A DNA stretch of 64,000 bases, from assembly GCF_046119375.1 (NCBI RefSeq), contig NW_027362764.1, positions 383,594,001 through 383,658,000 on the forward strand. The letters run 5' to 3'. The stretch comes from Phyllobates terribilis. Taxonomy: Eukaryota. Numbering within the stretch: position 1 is the first letter of the stretch; each line of letters opens with the position of its first letter. Made by a program: the position numbers and the translations under genes. Below are positions 1-9,600 of the stretch, one piece after another. Below the pieces are notes generated by a model. The model was given only the letters and a program-made list of their open reading frames with translations, was not told the origin of the DNA and ran no database searches.

Positions 1-430
1 TTGGGCTTCTATCTGTGTGTAGGACTTGTTGTATTAGTCCATCTATACTGACCTCCATCAGGTTGCAAACTGAATATATTTTTTTCTGCATCTACCTCTG
101 AAAAAATATTGGGCTTCTAGCTGTGTGTGGGACTTGTTGTATTAGTCCATCTATACTGACCTCCATCAGGTTGCAAACTGAATATATTTTTTTCTGCATC
201 TACCTCTGAAAAAATATTGGGCTTCTAGCTGTGTGTGGGACTTGTTCTATTAATCCATCTATACAGACCTCCATCAGGTTGCAAACTGAATATATTTTTT
301 TCTGCATCTACCTCTGAAAAAATATTGGGCTTCTAGCTGTGTGTGGGACTTGTTGTATTAGTCCATCTATACTGACCTCCATCAGGTTGCAAATTGAATA
401 TAATTTTTTTCTGCATCTAACCCAGCCAAT
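1..430 (+). repeat. 108-bp tandem repeat array upstream of the hAT transposase
   Basis: TTGGGCTTCTA recurs at 1, 109, 217 and 325; units are near-identical; the array runs off the window edge. Confidence 0.95.
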
Positions 431-535
431 AGTTTTGGCCTAATACCACAGTTTGGCCACTCAGCTCTGCTCGGTTACCATCCATTGTTTTTTTGTGCAA
501 ACAACTCCAGAGTTGTGAATTAGTTAACCACCAAA

Positions 536-3500
536 ATGAGTGGAAAAAGGCCTGCTGCTGGTGGAAAGGGGAATAGGCGTGTTGGGAAGGGGAAAAAAGG
601 TTGTGTCCGTGGGGTAGGTGTTAAAGCAACAGTAACATCTGCAGAAGAAAGACCATCTTCCAGCCAAACTAAAATGTCTACTTCTTTTAGCGGACAATGT
701 GATAAGATCCCTTTCTTACGGCCACGCCAATCGCTACAAATTCCAGATGAGGCACAAAAACAGCAGGTGCTTCAATGGATATCAAGTGCTCCTTTAAGTG
801 GGCTCTCCTCCACATCAACTTCAACATCACAAATACTCCAGTCCTCAAAGGTGTCACCCAAATCGCACTTGCTTCCTCACAGCTCCCAAATCTCCAGCTG
901 CCCGTCTGAGTATGAGGTAGAACAGATGGTTGAGTCTGCAGAGCTGTTTACTCATACTATAGCCTGGGAATCAGAGGTCGACTCCAGCGCTTCTGTGAAT
1001 CCAGACGAGGAAATGATCTGCACTGATGCCCAGAATCTTTATGAGTCGGATCCAGGACCAGACGCAGAAGGTTCTGACCATAATGTAGACCCTCATTCCC
1101 AAACTGTAACTCCTGTTGGTGGAGACAATGAGGAAGACGATGATAAGACTCAAATACCTGATTGGAGCGACAACTTTAGTTTTTTGTCAGGGCAGGAACA
1201 GGTTGGCTCTGAGGACGACGGGTGTGATAACACACAGGGTGATGATGATGAGGTTGGAGATCCCACTTACTGTCAACCCACAGTCAGCCAAGAGATGAGG
1301 TCAGCAGAGGAGGTGGAGGAAGATGCTAGTGACGACGAGGTCAGGTTGCGCCTTCCTGGACAGAGACGTAGTACTGGAAGCACGTCAACAACTGCATCCT
1401 CAAACACAACTCTGCCTCTCACCACAAGTCGTGGTGGCTCTTCAGGTCGCATGGGTGCTAAGCCTTGCATAGCCTGGGCATTTTTTCAGATCGATAAAGA
1501 TGACCCAACTCGTGTTATCTGTAATATTTGTCAGCAAAAGCTAAGTAGAGGCCAAAAAATACATAGTTTGAGTACTTCATGCATGAACCGGCACATGGAC
1601 ATGAAGCATAAGTTGCAGTGGGAAGCTCAGTGTGCTACAATGCGGCCTAGCCGGCCGGGCCAACCACCGTCTGCCATATCTTGTGCATCCGCGGCCTCTT
1701 CATCCTCTGTGACTGGGGGGACAGCAGTCACACCTGTTTTGGGGCGCAGACCTGCCACCTCTTTACCCGCAACAGCCAGCGTGATTGGCAGGTCATCATT
1801 TTCTTTGGAGGTGGTAACACCAGCTGGTGTTGAGCGCTGTCCGACATCGATAGCACCACCTTTGGATCAAGGCAACCTAACATGTCCGCCTGCATCTTCC
1901 TCACAGACCGGCAGTTTGCCGGGGACACCCTTATCAACCCCGTCTAAGCACAATAGCCAGCCCTCGGTCCCTCAGATGTGGACAAGTAAAAGACCATTTC
2001 CTCCTAGCCATGAGAAAGCTAAGAGGTTGAATTTCACCATCTGCAAGCTCTTGGCTACAGAAATGCTGCCTTTCCGCCTGGTGGACACAGAGGATTTTCG
2101 AGACCTTATGTCCGTCGCAGTGCCCCAGTACCAGATGCCCAGTCGGCACTACTTCTCAAAGAAAGGTGTGCCTGCGCTCCACCAGCATGTCGCACACAAC
2201 ATCACCGCTTCTGTGTGTGACAGGGTGCATTTCACCACAGACACTTGGACGAGTAGGCATGGACAGGGGCGTTACATGTCGCTGACTGGGCACTGGGTAA
2301 CTATGGTGACAGCAGGACAAGGGGCTGCTGTCCAAGTCTTGCCGTCCCCACGAGTTGTGCGTCAATCCTCTTTATGTCAAAGTTCCTCCACTGCTTCTGC
2401 CTCCTCAACCTCCTCTCGGTCTTCCACCTGCACCCAAAGCCTGTCTGGTCATGCCACAAGCTTTCTAACTGCGCAGAAGGGATCCTGCACACCTCCTTAC
2501 TATGCTGGCAGTAGGGCTCAATGTCATCAGGCGGTTTTTACTTTGAAATGTCTGGGAAATGTGAGTCACACAGCTGAGGAGTTGTGGTCAGCTCTGGAGA
2601 ACCAATTTCATGAATGGCTGTCTCCACTGGACCTGAAACCAGGGAAGGCCGTGTGCGACAATGCTGCAAACCTGGGTGCGGCCTTTCGCCGGGGCAATGT
2701 CACACACGTGCCTTGTATGGCTCACGTGTTGAACCTGGTTGTCCAGCAATTTTTAGCCCACTATCCCAGACTAGATGGCCTTCTGCAGAGGGCACGGTCG
2801 CTGTGTGCTCACTTTCGCCGTTCGCATCCCGCAGCTCAGCGACTTACATCTCTACAGAAGTCGTTGGGCCTGCCACTTCACCGGCTAAAATGCGATGTGC
2901 CTACCCGGTGGAATTCAACTCTGCACATGTTGCAGCGACTGTGGCAGCACCGACAAGCCCTGGTGCAATACGTTCTGACGTATAGCCTGGGCCAACGAGA
3001 TCCAGAGGTGGGGCAAATCACGCTGGAGGAGTGGTCTCAGATCAGGGACCTATGCAGCCTTCTGCACAGTTTTGAAATGGCGACGAAGATGTTTAGTGCT
3101 GACTATGCCATTATCAGCATGACTATTCCGGTGATTTACATGCTGGAGCACATGTTAAACAGAATTCGGAGTCAGGTGGTGGCACAAGAGGAGGTGGAGG
3201 AAGTAGAGGAGGAGGAGTTGTATGCGGAAGGGCTAACATCTGCAAGGTCCAGACGGTCGGCAGCACCAAGGCGGCAGGCATGTGAGGGTGGGGGAGATGG
3301 TTTTACCAGGGCACATGGTAGCAGCCAAACTAGTGAGGAAGGTGCAGGAGCCCAGGAAGGAGTGGAGGACGAACTGATGGAAGACTCATCAGATGAGGGA
3401 GACCTTGATCACATTTCTGTTGTGCGAGGTTGGGGGGAGAGGACAGAGGAAGGAATCATGATTGTTACCTCGCCACCAACACAACAGGGACTTGGTGCTC

Positions 3501-4225
3501 CTGGATGCGCAACACACATGAGTGCCTTCTTGCTGCACTACCTGCAACATGACCCTCGAATTGTGAGAATTAGAAATAATCCTGACTACTGGGTTGCCAC
3601 ACTGTTAGATCCCCGGTACAAAAGTAAATTTGCAGAAATTATTCCTGCCATAGAAAGGGATGCACGCATGCAGGAGTATCAGCAGAGACTGTTGCAGAAT
3701 CTTACATGTGCTTTTCCACAAAATACCAGTGGTGCACGTAGTGAATCTCACAGTTCCAACTTGCCAACCGTGGGACCGTCAAGTGTTCAGCACTCAAACC
3801 GTAACAGAACCACAGTATCTGCTGGTAACATCAATTTTGCGGAATCATTTCACCACTTTTTTAGCCCATCCTTTGCAAGGCCACAGGAGACAAGAAGTCT
3901 GACACATAGTCAACGCCTAGAGACGATGGTACAGGAGTATCTCCAAGTAAACATTGAAGCCACGACTGTGTCACTGGACCCTTGCTCTTTTTGGGCTTCC
4001 AATCTGGATAAATGGCCGGAGCTAGCCACTTACGCCTTGGAGATCTTGTCATGCCCCGCAGCCAGCGTTCTGTCTGAACGTGTGTTCAGCGCTGCTGGTG
4101 GTGTGCTGACAGATAAGCGCACGCGGCTCTCCACTGATAATGTAGACAGACTCACGTTCATAAAGATGAACAAATCATGGATCCGAAACGACTTTTCTAC
4201 CCCAGTGTCATCCTGGGGAGAGTAA
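536..4225 (+). CDS. hAT transposase with BED zinc finger, 1229 aa
   Basis: BED finger (AWAFF..CNICQQKL..RHMDMKH), TTDTWTS (D), VCDNA (D), CxxH in HVPCMAH, RWNS, LDPRYK, and the C-terminal dimerisation motif CPAASVLSERVFS (E). No internal stops. Confidence 0.95.
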   Translation: MSGKRPAAGGKGNRRVGKGKKGCVRGVGVKATVTSAEERPSSSQTKMSTSFSGQCDKIPFLRPRQSLQIPDEAQKQQVLQWISSAPLSGLSSTSTSTSQILQSSKVSPKSHLLPHSSQISSCPSEYEVEQMVESAELFTHTIAWESEVDSSASVNPDEEMICTDAQNLYESDPGPDAEGSDHNVDPHSQTVTPVGGDNEEDDDKTQIPDWSDNFSFLSGQEQVGSEDDGCDNTQGDDDEVGDPTYCQPTVSQEMRSAEEVEEDASDDEVRLRLPGQRRSTGSTSTTASSNTTLPLTTSRGGSSGRMGAKPCIAWAFFQIDKDDPTRVICNICQQKLSRGQKIHSLSTSCMNRHMDMKHKLQWEAQCATMRPSRPGQPPSAISCASAASSSSVTGGTAVTPVLGRRPATSLPATASVIGRSSFSLEVVTPAGVERCPTSIAPPLDQGNLTCPPASSSQTGSLPGTPLSTPSKHNSQPSVPQMWTSKRPFPPSHEKAKRLNFTICKLLATEMLPFRLVDTEDFRDLMSVAVPQYQMPSRHYFSKKGVPALHQHVAHNITASVCDRVHFTTDTWTSRHGQGRYMSLTGHWVTMVTAGQGAAVQVLPSPRVVRQSSLCQSSSTASASSTSSRSSTCTQSLSGHATSFLTAQKGSCTPPYYAGSRAQCHQAVFTLKCLGNVSHTAEELWSALENQFHEWLSPLDLKPGKAVCDNAANLGAAFRRGNVTHVPCMAHVLNLVVQQFLAHYPRLDGLLQRARSLCAHFRRSHPAAQRLTSLQKSLGLPLHRLKCDVPTRWNSTLHMLQRLWQHRQALVQYVLTYSLGQRDPEVGQITLEEWSQIRDLCSLLHSFEMATKMFSADYAIISMTIPVIYMLEHMLNRIRSQVVAQEEVEEVEEEELYAEGLTSARSRRSAAPRRQACEGGGDGFTRAHGSSQTSEEGAGAQEGVEDELMEDSSDEGDLDHISVVRGWGERTEEGIMIVTSPPTQQGLGAPGCATHMSAFLLHYLQHDPRIVRIRNNPDYWVATLLDPRYKSKFAEIIPAIERDARMQEYQQRLLQNLTCAFPQNTSGARSESHSSNLPTVGPSSVQHSNRNRTTVSAGNINFAESFHHFFSPSFARPQETRSLTHSQRLETMVQEYLQVNIEATTVSLDPCSFWASNLDKWPELATYALEILSCPAASVLSERVFSAAGGVLTDKRTRLSTDNVDRLTFIKMNKSWIRNDFSTPVSSWGE

Positions 4226-4273
4226 AAGCTTGATGATTGGTTAAAATCACCCTACCAACCGTTTTAAGCTTTC

Positions 4274-4530
4274 AAATTACTAATCATGTTTATCTGTATC
4301 TTGGCTGGAAAATAATTTGGGCTTTGCAGCACTGATTATATTAGGCCATCTATAATAAGCTCCACCAGATTTAAAATTACTAATCATGTTTATCTGTATC
4401 TTGACTGGAAAATAATTTGGGCTTTGTAGCAGTGTGCAGCACTGATCCTATTAGGCCATCTATACTAAAGCTTCACCAGATTTAAAATTAATAATAATTT
4501 TTAGCTGCATCTAGCCCGGAAAATAATTTT
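4274..4530 (+). repeat. ~100-111 bp degenerate tandem units related to the upstream 108-bp repeat
   Basis: AAATTACTAATCATGTTTATC at 4274 and 4374; shares the TTGGGCTT..TATTAGGCCATCTATACT..CTGCATCTA motifs with the 1-430 array. Confidence 0.8.
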
Positions 4531-4650
4531 GGGGCTCCGAGATGCGCAAGACACATAAGTGCCTTCTTGCTGCACTACCTGCAGCATGACCCTCATATTG
4601 TCAGAATTCGAAGTAATCATGACTACTGGGTTGCCACACTCTTAGATCCC
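4531..4650 (+). pseudogene. Degenerate duplicate fragment of the hAT transposase (LHYLQHDP..YWVATLLDP)
   Basis: Similar to ~3495-3612 of the intact ORF. A second fragment at ~6022-6092 matches ~3705-3772. Confidence 0.85.
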
Positions 4651-6021
4651 CCAAACTTTTCGATCAACCTTTTCATTTTAATAAAGACCAAAAAAATGGT
4701 CATTTTTGAAATTATAAGCATTAGCAGGTTGTTAGAAACTGAAATCAAACAGTTTTCAACTCAAAACTTTATTCTAGGTGATGTTACATTTTCACATAGG
4801 ACCCCTTGTTCGAAAGGAGCTTCTGAACTCTCTCGTCCATTGAATTTGTCAGGTTTTGGATGGTTTCTGCTTCAATTGTTTTGCATGAGGACAGAATACC
4901 CTCCCAGAGCTGTTGCTTAGATGTGAACTGCCTCCCGCCATCATAGACACTCCTTTTAATGATGCTCCAAAGGTTCTGAATGGGGTAGAGGTCAGGGGAG
5001 CATGGGGGTCACACCATAAGTTTGTCCCCTTTTATGCCCATATCAGCCAGAGATGCAGATGTTTTATGTGCAGCATGAGATGGTGCATTATCATGCAGAA
5101 AAATGATCTTGCTGTGAAATACACGGTTCTTCTTCTTGAACCATGGCAGGAAGTGCTGTTTGAGAAAATCCACATACATTATGGAGTTCATCTTTAGCGC
5201 CTTCAGGGATCCTAAAGGGGCCGACAATCTCTCTCCCCATGATTCCAGCCCAAAACATTACTCCACCTCCTCCTTGTTGGCGCTGTAGCCGTGTTTGCGT
5301 GGGGTGTCCATCAACCAGCCATCCTCCACTCCATCCATCTGGACCATCGAGCGCTGCACGGCACTCATCCGTGAACAAAACAGTTTTGAAATCAGTCTTC
5401 ATGTAATGTTTGGCCCACTGGAGCCGTTTCTGCTTGTGTGAAGTGGATAGAGGAGGTCGACAGGATGGCGTATGCACAGCTGCAAACCTCTGAAGGACCC
5501 TGCATCTTGTTGTTCGGGGGACGTTGGAGGCACAAGCAGCTTCAAAAACTTGTCTGCTGCTATGACAAGGCTTTTTTGCCGCTGCTCTTTCAACCTGACG
5601 TAATTGCCTGTAGGAAAGAGTCCTCAATTTGCCCTTATCAGCACGCACACGTGTGTACTGTGAATCAGCTACATACTTCGTGATTGCCAAGACACTTCAT
5701 CCTGATCATCGCACAATGTTGATTGTAGTCATGCCTTGACCTAAACACTCCACAATTTGTTGCTTCTCAGCAGCCGACACATCCTTTTTCTTTCCCATTT
5801 TGGCAGAAAATGTAGGCTGCTTAATAATGTGAGAGAGCCTTCTTAAGTAGTCTTGCCTTTCATTGGACACAGCTGCCAAACTAATTAGCACAGGTGTCTG
5901 CAATTGCTTACAGTGATATAAAGAGCCCTGACACACATCACCATCAATGAGTTTAACTGACAAACAAATTCTTCCCTTATCACTCCTAAACACTTTTTGC
6001 ATAATAATTTGGAACGCAGTG
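4651..6021 (-). mobile_element. Tc1-like DD37E (TRT-type) element, decayed, carried inside hAT copy A
   Basis: TIR GCATAATAATTTGGAACGCAGTG followed by TA at 6021-6023. Transposase remnants MGKKKDVS.., FTDEC, HDNAPSH..(37 aa)..PIQNLW with stops and frameshifts; the other end is truncated. Confidence 0.88.
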
Positions 6022-6092
6022 TACATGTGCTTTTCCACAAAACACCAGTGGTTCACGTAGTGAATCTTACAGTTCTAACTTGCCAACCGTGG

Positions 6093-7897
6093 TCTGTATG
6101 GAATTGTTCAATAAAGGGCCCAAAATTAAGATAACATAGATGGGAGAGGTCTCTATGAATAGGAATTCCTAAGTATTTGATACCCTGTGAGGGCCAGGCA
6201 AAGGGAAAGTTGGACTGGATGGAATCCTATATGGATTTAGGGAGGGAGACATCGAGGGCCTCAGACTTCGCTGCATTGATTTTAAAATTTTACCATGTAA
6301 CAAAGTGATCTATTTCAGCCATAACAGCAGGGATGGATATATGTGATTGAGTGATATATACTAGGACATCATCAGCAAATTGAGAGCACTTGTACTCGGT
6401 GCCTCCCACCTCAATCCACCTAATATTGGGGTTATGGCGAATTGATGAGAGCAGGTGCTCCGTCACTAGGATGTATAAGAGAGGGGACAGAGGACATCCC
6501 TGCCTTGTCCCATTGGTGATTGTGAAAGGTGATGAAAATGTTCTGACGCACCCCCTGGGCCTTGGGACACCCGGAGCCGGACCCTTTTTGGTGGATGCTG
6601 GTGGTTGTAGTCTTCGTGGCGGCGACCCGGTTCCGTGGCTCAGGGCGGTCAAACCAGTGGCGGAACTATTTATGTGGTTTTGATGTTTAAATGTCCGACT
6701 ACGCCACCCGTGGATTGCGGTCAGAGTGAACCGCCGCTACAGGGCAGACCGCTGAGGCTGGTGTTGTGGGTGCAGCAGAGCGTAGCATAACTCCCCACGG
6801 GAGGAGTATAGCCTCAGGGCAGTGTATGCGGAGGATGTGGGTGATGGTGCAGGGCAGCAGCAGTAACGACACGGAGTCAGTGATGCAGTCCAGGGCCTTT
6901 ACTCACAGTTCTTATTATCCAGACCACGTCTGCAGGTAACGGCTGCCCACGTCGTACTGTGCTCACCAGGTGAGGGGCTCAGACAACTCCCAGATAACTT
7001 TGGAGCACTTCACAGGACCCCCTTTGTGTGTCCTTTGTCTGGCCTTTCTTACCAACACTTCTGTCCGGCTGCCTCGGGCCTCCTCTTGGTAAACTTGGCA
7101 ACAGTTTCCCTGACCCTATGTGGTGCCTTCCTAGCGGGTGTAGCGAGGGGCTGCGCCACATAAAATGTCAGAGCCTCCGGTTTCTAGCTGAGGGTCGTTT
7201 CCTGCCTCCACTAGTTCGGGGACCGGTCTCCCCCTTTGGCCTGACCCCTCCACGCAGGTGGATTCGGGCGTGCGGTGGCGACTCGCCTGTCCGCACCCCT
7301 GGGATCCCTTCATTCCTCGTTCCTGGAGCCTTCTCCGCTCCTCTTCCTTCCTTCTCCCTCTTCCAGGCCTGGGCCTCTGTTACTAGGCCCGCCTCCGGAG
7401 CAGAGCTCATGCAGAGCCCCTGCTCCCTGCCACTTCTGCTCAGACTTCTCTGCACTGAACTAAGATGGTGCCCACCTTTTATACTCCCTTCTCAATGCAC
7501 CCAGGAACTGCTTCCTCCCTGCTCCTGCACTACAGGGTTCCCCTTCCTCAGTGTTCCCTCCCCCCACTCCAGCCAGGGACAGGGACTGTCGTGCCCATCT
7601 CAGGGGCATATTGGTCGCCCTGCCCCACGGCAATGTGGTGTAATGCATGCAGGTGTCGGGTCCTGATCCACACTCAATCCTTACCTGAGAGTGAGATGCA
7701 ATACGTCTGTAGCAACCGAGCCCTCAGGGTGCTACAGTTCCATTTATCTTCAGCCTAGGTGACGTATTGCGATACAGGGCCGTGATTTTGGCTATAAAAG
7801 GGTCCCCTAGACCCCTACCCCAAGCTTTTTAAGAGAATCATATATGGCGTGCCAGGAGACTCTATGGAATGCTTTCTCAGCATCCAACGAGAGTATC
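6093..7897 (-). mobile_element. L1-clade LINE reverse transcriptase fragment (split by a solo LTR) inside hAT copy A
   Basis: LDAEKAF, GTRQGCPLSPLL, FADD and IKYLGI motifs on the minus strand; the reading continues across the LTR insertion (..KINGT|FSSPFTITNG..). Confidence 0.88.
6544..7736 (-). mobile_element. Gypsy-type solo LTR inside the L1 fragment
   Basis: TG..CA termini (TGACGCACCCC..GGTGCTACA), 4-bp TSD GTTC on both sides; termini resemble the LTRs of the 14500-24600 element. Confidence 0.9.
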
Positions 7898-8000
7898 TAA
7901 TTACAAATTTTTAACTGCATCTAGCCCAGGAAATACTTTGTGCCTAGTAGCAGTGTCTGCTAGTCAGCGGATTATCCCGGCTGTTAAGCAAGCTACACCA

Positions 8001-8280
8001 CCTGTAGTTTAGACACTTAATTTTTTCAAAGGAAATGCTTCGGGACCATGGGATACTTAGTGAAGAGCATCAGGAGGCACCCCAAGGCATAGGGGCTGGG
8101 ACTGGCAGTAGGATGCCTTGCGGTGGACAGCCGAGCTCGATCCTTATAAAAGCTTTTTAACTGCAGCAGCTTTAGTGGACGCTACTGGAGCTGGAATTAC
8201 CGCGGCTGCTGGCATGAGACTTGCCCTCCAATAGATCCTTGTAAATGGATTTAAAGTGTATTCATTCAAATTAGAGAGAC
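8001..8280 (-). rRNA. Non-functional 18S rRNA gene fragment (~280 bp, helix-18/530-loop region into V4) inside hAT copy A
   Basis: The + strand reads AGCTTTTTAACTGCAGCAG..TGGAGCTGGAATTACCGCGGCTGCTGGCA..ACTTGCCCTCCAAT..GGATTTAAAGTG, the reverse complement of universally conserved 18S sequence (recalled, not BLASTed). Similarity extends to TTTGAAAAAATTA..GTGT..AAA..CAGG. Confidence 0.92.
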
Positions 8281-8674
8281 AATTTAAATTAAAAAGCTTA
8301 GAGCTGCCTCCACCACAGGGGGGCTCGCTCGACCCACCAGCGGACAGGCACCAGTATTGGGAGAGGGGGGCTGGCCGTCAGGGTTCACCGCGGCTCTGGC
8401 ACAAACCCGGCGACACGGAGGTGGCACGGGCAGGAGCGGACTGGCCGTGTCGGCTTCTCACTTTTTGGATTTTAGAAGGGCATGACATGCCTATATCTGT
8501 GTCTCCCCCTCCTTTTACTCCTCCACCTCTTTTATTTTCGCATGACTATATGTACTTGTCACTTTTCCATGTGTTAGTTATGTCTTCTGAGCAGTTTGTC
8601 AGCTTTTGGACACCTTTGAAGGTGTTTTCTATGTGTTTCTATGTGTTTTTGTTTGCCTGCCATTGGTTTTAACG

Positions 8675-8779
8675 GTGTTCGAAGGTGTTCGACGAACAGT
8701 TCGACGAACAGTTCGGCGAACACACGGGTGTTCGACGAACCGAACCGAACTCGAACACTACGGGGGTGGCTCAACACTA
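8675..8779 (+). repeat. hAT 3' subterminal GTTCG/CGAAC motif cluster and TIR
   Basis: Multiple GTTCGNCGAAC palindromes followed by the terminal GCTCAACACTA; typical of hAT transposase-binding subterminal repeats. Confidence 0.8.
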
Positions 8780-9343
8780 GTTTTAACTAGGCTATCAATA
8801 AAATACTTTCACATTCTACCTATTTCCTTAGCCTTAGACAGCTGGATGAAATATTTATTTCCCTATTCTCATGACAGAGCTCAGGGACGCATTGAGATAT
8901 AAATATACTTTTATATTAATATTCTGTTTACTGTAGAGATAAAACTATCACCGTGTAAACAGCAATTCATTATTTGTTGTGAGAAATGTTCATGCCTTTA
9001 CTTCATGGCATGGATAAATGAATGAGGATATCAGCGACAAGTGATACATTTTTAGAGGTGGATTCCAGTATGATCAGTGGGGTACTCTCTTCTAGGCATA
9101 TACAACTTCTACAAACCTTACCCCATTTTCTATAGGTGGCAGAAAAGGGGACAAGAACAGAGGTAAGGTCACGTGTGAATTAAAGATGTCATTCTTATTT
9201 CATGGAGAATAATTTTAAAGGAAAAATTGTTATCAGGATTTATCCTAGAAGATATTAGGAGCACTGTATCAGCCTGCTAATACTCTCTTTGATGATGCTT
9301 GTATTAGCCCTAAACACTAAATGTAAGTATTTAAAAGCTAAGT

Positions 9344-9600
9344 TTAAAGGGGTTGTTTGATTTTAAATTACAAGTCTGCAATCACTCAATTTGACTGCAG
9401 ACTTGTGAATCCTCACTTTGCGGGCGCTGCGTGTTGTGAGGATTCTTCGGTGTCGGTCCTTATCTAGTTGGATTTTGGCTGGGAGTATGCATATCACATA
9501 CTTACGGTCACATGAACGCTGTTCCAGGTGCTGACACCAGAGAATCCTCACATCGCGCAGTGCACATGATGGGAGGATTCACAAGTCTGCCATCACATAG
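9344..9600. mobile_element. Non-autonomous TTAA-associated MITE fragment (Kolobok/T2-like)
   Basis: Starts TTAAAGGGGTTGT; internal inverted repeats GCAGACTTGTGAATCCTC / GAGGATTCACAAGTCTGC; second end not clear. Confidence 0.4.

Larger units (their letters stand above)
1..8779 (+). mobile_element. hAT DNA transposon copy A (composite; 5' end lies outside the window)
   Basis: Contains the transposase ORF and ends in GGCTCAACACTA at 8779, the reverse complement of the TAGTGTTGAGCC terminus of copy B. It is colinear reverse complement of 43399-~52170. The next 8 bp are GTTTTAAC (candidate TSD, fits nTnnnnAn). Confidence 0.93.

Noticed and set aside
536-4225. Domesticated ZBED-type host gene
   Set aside because: It lies within TIR/TSD-bounded mobile copies present twice; no gene symbol assigned.
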